Part shown: positions 61,901 through 64,000 of the stretch, piece by piece
Layout of the letters: every line of letters begins with the position of its first letter
Position numbering within the stretch: position 1 is the first letter of the stretch
NCBI GenBank assembly: GCA_964016885.1
Contig: OZ024740.1
Location: forward strand, 31,930,001 to 31,994,000
Reading direction: 5' to 3'
Length of the DNA stretch: 64,000 nt
Source: Eledone cirrhosa
Lineage: Eukaryota
Made by a program: the position numbers and the translations under genes
Notes under the pieces: model-generated
Database searches by the model: none
What the model saw: the letters and a program-made list of their open reading frames with translations, nothing else
What the model was told of the DNA's origin: nothing

Positions 61901-64000
61901 AGGGTGATAGTAAAGAACATGGTTCTGAGTAATGAGAGGATGATAGTATAGAACATGGTTCTAAGTAATGAGAGGATGATAGTATAGAACATGGTTCTGT
62001 GTAATGAGAGGGTGATAGTATAGAACATGGTTCTAAGTAATGAGAGGATGATAGTATAGAACATGGTTCTGTGTAATGAGAGGGTGATAGTATAGAACAT
62101 GGTGCTGAGTAATGAGAGGGTGATAGTATAGAACATGGTTCTGAGTAATGAGAGGATGATAGTATAGAACATGGTTCTAAGTAATGAGAGGATGATAGTA
62201 TAGAACATGGTTCTGTGTAATGAGAGGGTGATAGTATAGAACATGGTTCTAAGTAATGAGAGGATGATAGTATAGAACATGGTTCTAAGTAATGAGAGGG
62301 TGATAGTATAGAACATGGTTCTGTGTAATGAGAGGGTGATAGTATAGAACATGGTTCTGTGTAATGAGAGGGGGTATAGTATAGAACATGGTTCTGTGTA
62401 ATGAGAGGGTGATAGTATAGAACATGGTTCTAAGTAATGAGAGGATGATAGTATAGAACATGGTTCTAAGTAATGAGAGGGTGATAGTATAGAACATGGT
62501 TCTGAGTAATGAGAGAGTGATAGTATAGAACATGGTTCTGTGTAATGAGAGGGTGATAGTATAGAACATGGTTCTAAGTAATGAGAGGATGATAGTATAG
62601 AACATGGTTCTAAGTAATGAGAGGGTGATAGTATAGAACATGGTTCTGTGTAATGAGAGGGTGATAGTATAGAACATGGTTCTGTGTAATGAGAGGGGGT
62701 ATAGTATAGAACATGGTTCTGTGTAATGAGAGGGTGATAGTATAGAACATGGTTCTAAGTAATGAGAGGATGATAGTATAGAACATGGTTCTGTGTAATG
62801 AGAGGGTGATAGTATAGAACATGGTGCTGAGTAATGAGAGGGTGATAGTATAGAACATGGTTCTGAGTAATGAGAGGATGATAGTATAGAACATGGTTCT
62901 AAGTAATGAGAGGATGATAGTATAGAACATGGTTCTGTGTAATGAGAGGGTGATAGTATAGAACATGGTTCTAAGTAATGAGAGGATGATAGTATAGAAC
63001 ATGGTTCTAAGTAATGAGAGGGTGATAGTATAGAACATGGTTCTGTGTAATGAGAGGGTGATAGTATAGAACATGGTTCTGTGTAATGAGAGGGGGTATA
63101 GTATAGAACATGGTTCTGTGTAATGAGAGGGTGATACAATAGAACATGGTTCTAAGTAATGAGAGGATGATAGTATAGAACATGGTTCTAAGTAATGAGA
63201 GGGTGATAGTATAGAACATGGTTCTGAGTAATGAGAGAGTGATAGTATAGAACATGGTTCTGTGTAATGAGAGGGTGATAGTATAGAACATGGTTCTAAG
63301 TAATGAGAGGGTGATAGTATAGAACATGGTTCTAAGTAATGAGAGGATGATAGTATAGAACATGTTTCTAAGTAATGAGAGGATGATAGTATAGAACATG
63401 TTTCTAAGTAATGAGAGGGTGATAGTACAGAACATGGTTCTGTGTAATGAGAGGGTGATAGTATAGAACATGGTTCTAAGTAATGAGAGGATGATAGTAT
63501 AGAACATGGTGCTGAGTAATGAGAGGGTGATAGTATAGAACATGGTTCTGAGTAATGAGAGGATGATAGTATAGAACATGGTTCTAAGTAATAAGAGGGT
63601 GATAGTATAGAACATGGTTCTGAGTAATGAGAGGATGATAGTATAGAACATGGTTCTGAGTAATGAGAGGGTGATAATATAGAACATGGTTCTGAGTAAT
63701 GAGAGGGTGATAGTATAGAACATGGTTCTGTGTAATGAGAGGGTGATAGTATAGAACATGGTTCTGTGTAATGAGAGGGTGATAGTATAGAACATGGTTC
63801 TAAGTAATGAGAGGATGATAGTATAGAACATGGTTCTAAGTAATGAGAGGGTGATAGTATAGAACATGGTTCTGTGTAATGAGAGGATGATAGTATAGAA
63901 CATGGTTCTAAGTAATAAGAGGGTGATAGTATAGAACATGGTTCTGAGTAATGAGAGGGTGATAGTATAGAACATGGTTCTAAGTAATGAGAGGGTGATA
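13952..64000. repeat. 36-bp satellite array, ~1390 units, continuing past the window end
   Basis: Consensus (GA/AA/GT)GTAATGAGAGG(G/A)TGATAGTATAGAACATGGTTCT, head-to-tail. No foreign insertions or inversions seen over 50 kb. Confidence 0.99.

Noticed and set aside
13952-63975. Very long minus-strand ORFs (MFYTITLSLLRT)n and (SILSPSHYSEPC)n, up to 1408 aa
   Set aside because: A 36-bp unit without stops gives open frames automatically. Two frames are open at once, most common variants are non-synonymous, and 37-bp units and sporadic stops break the frames repeatedly. No unique N- or C-terminal domain or splice context was seen.
13952-64000. CRISPR-like array (36-bp repeat with internal palindrome)
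   Set aside because: Repeats are directly adjacent with no unique spacers, there are no cas genes, and the context is a eukaryotic intron.

Overview
Eukaryotic, AT-rich genomic DNA. The SINE types, RTE/CR1 relics and (ATC)n/(TA)n microsatellites suggest a mollusc, probably an octopus or other cephalopod (inference). Positions 1-13.9 kb hold four phase-compatible internal exons (minus strand) of a RING finger and transmembrane domain gene (RNFT1/RNFT2 family). Its introns carry tRNA-derived SINEs, CR1 and RTE LINE fragments and small VNTRs. From ~13952 to the window end lies one uninterrupted ~50 kb array of a 36-bp satellite (~1390 units) with variant-coded higher-order structure, probably intronic to that gene. 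The long ORFs there are repeat artefacts. The most unusual elements sit just upstream of exon 10361-10446. One is a TSD-flanked, permuted and inverted 259-bp unit carrying a full tRNA cloverleaf with an abnormal anticodon loop. Another is a (TA)n-embedded element with a minimal type I hammerhead ribozyme. Three near-identical SINEs also form competing inverted pairs in this region.
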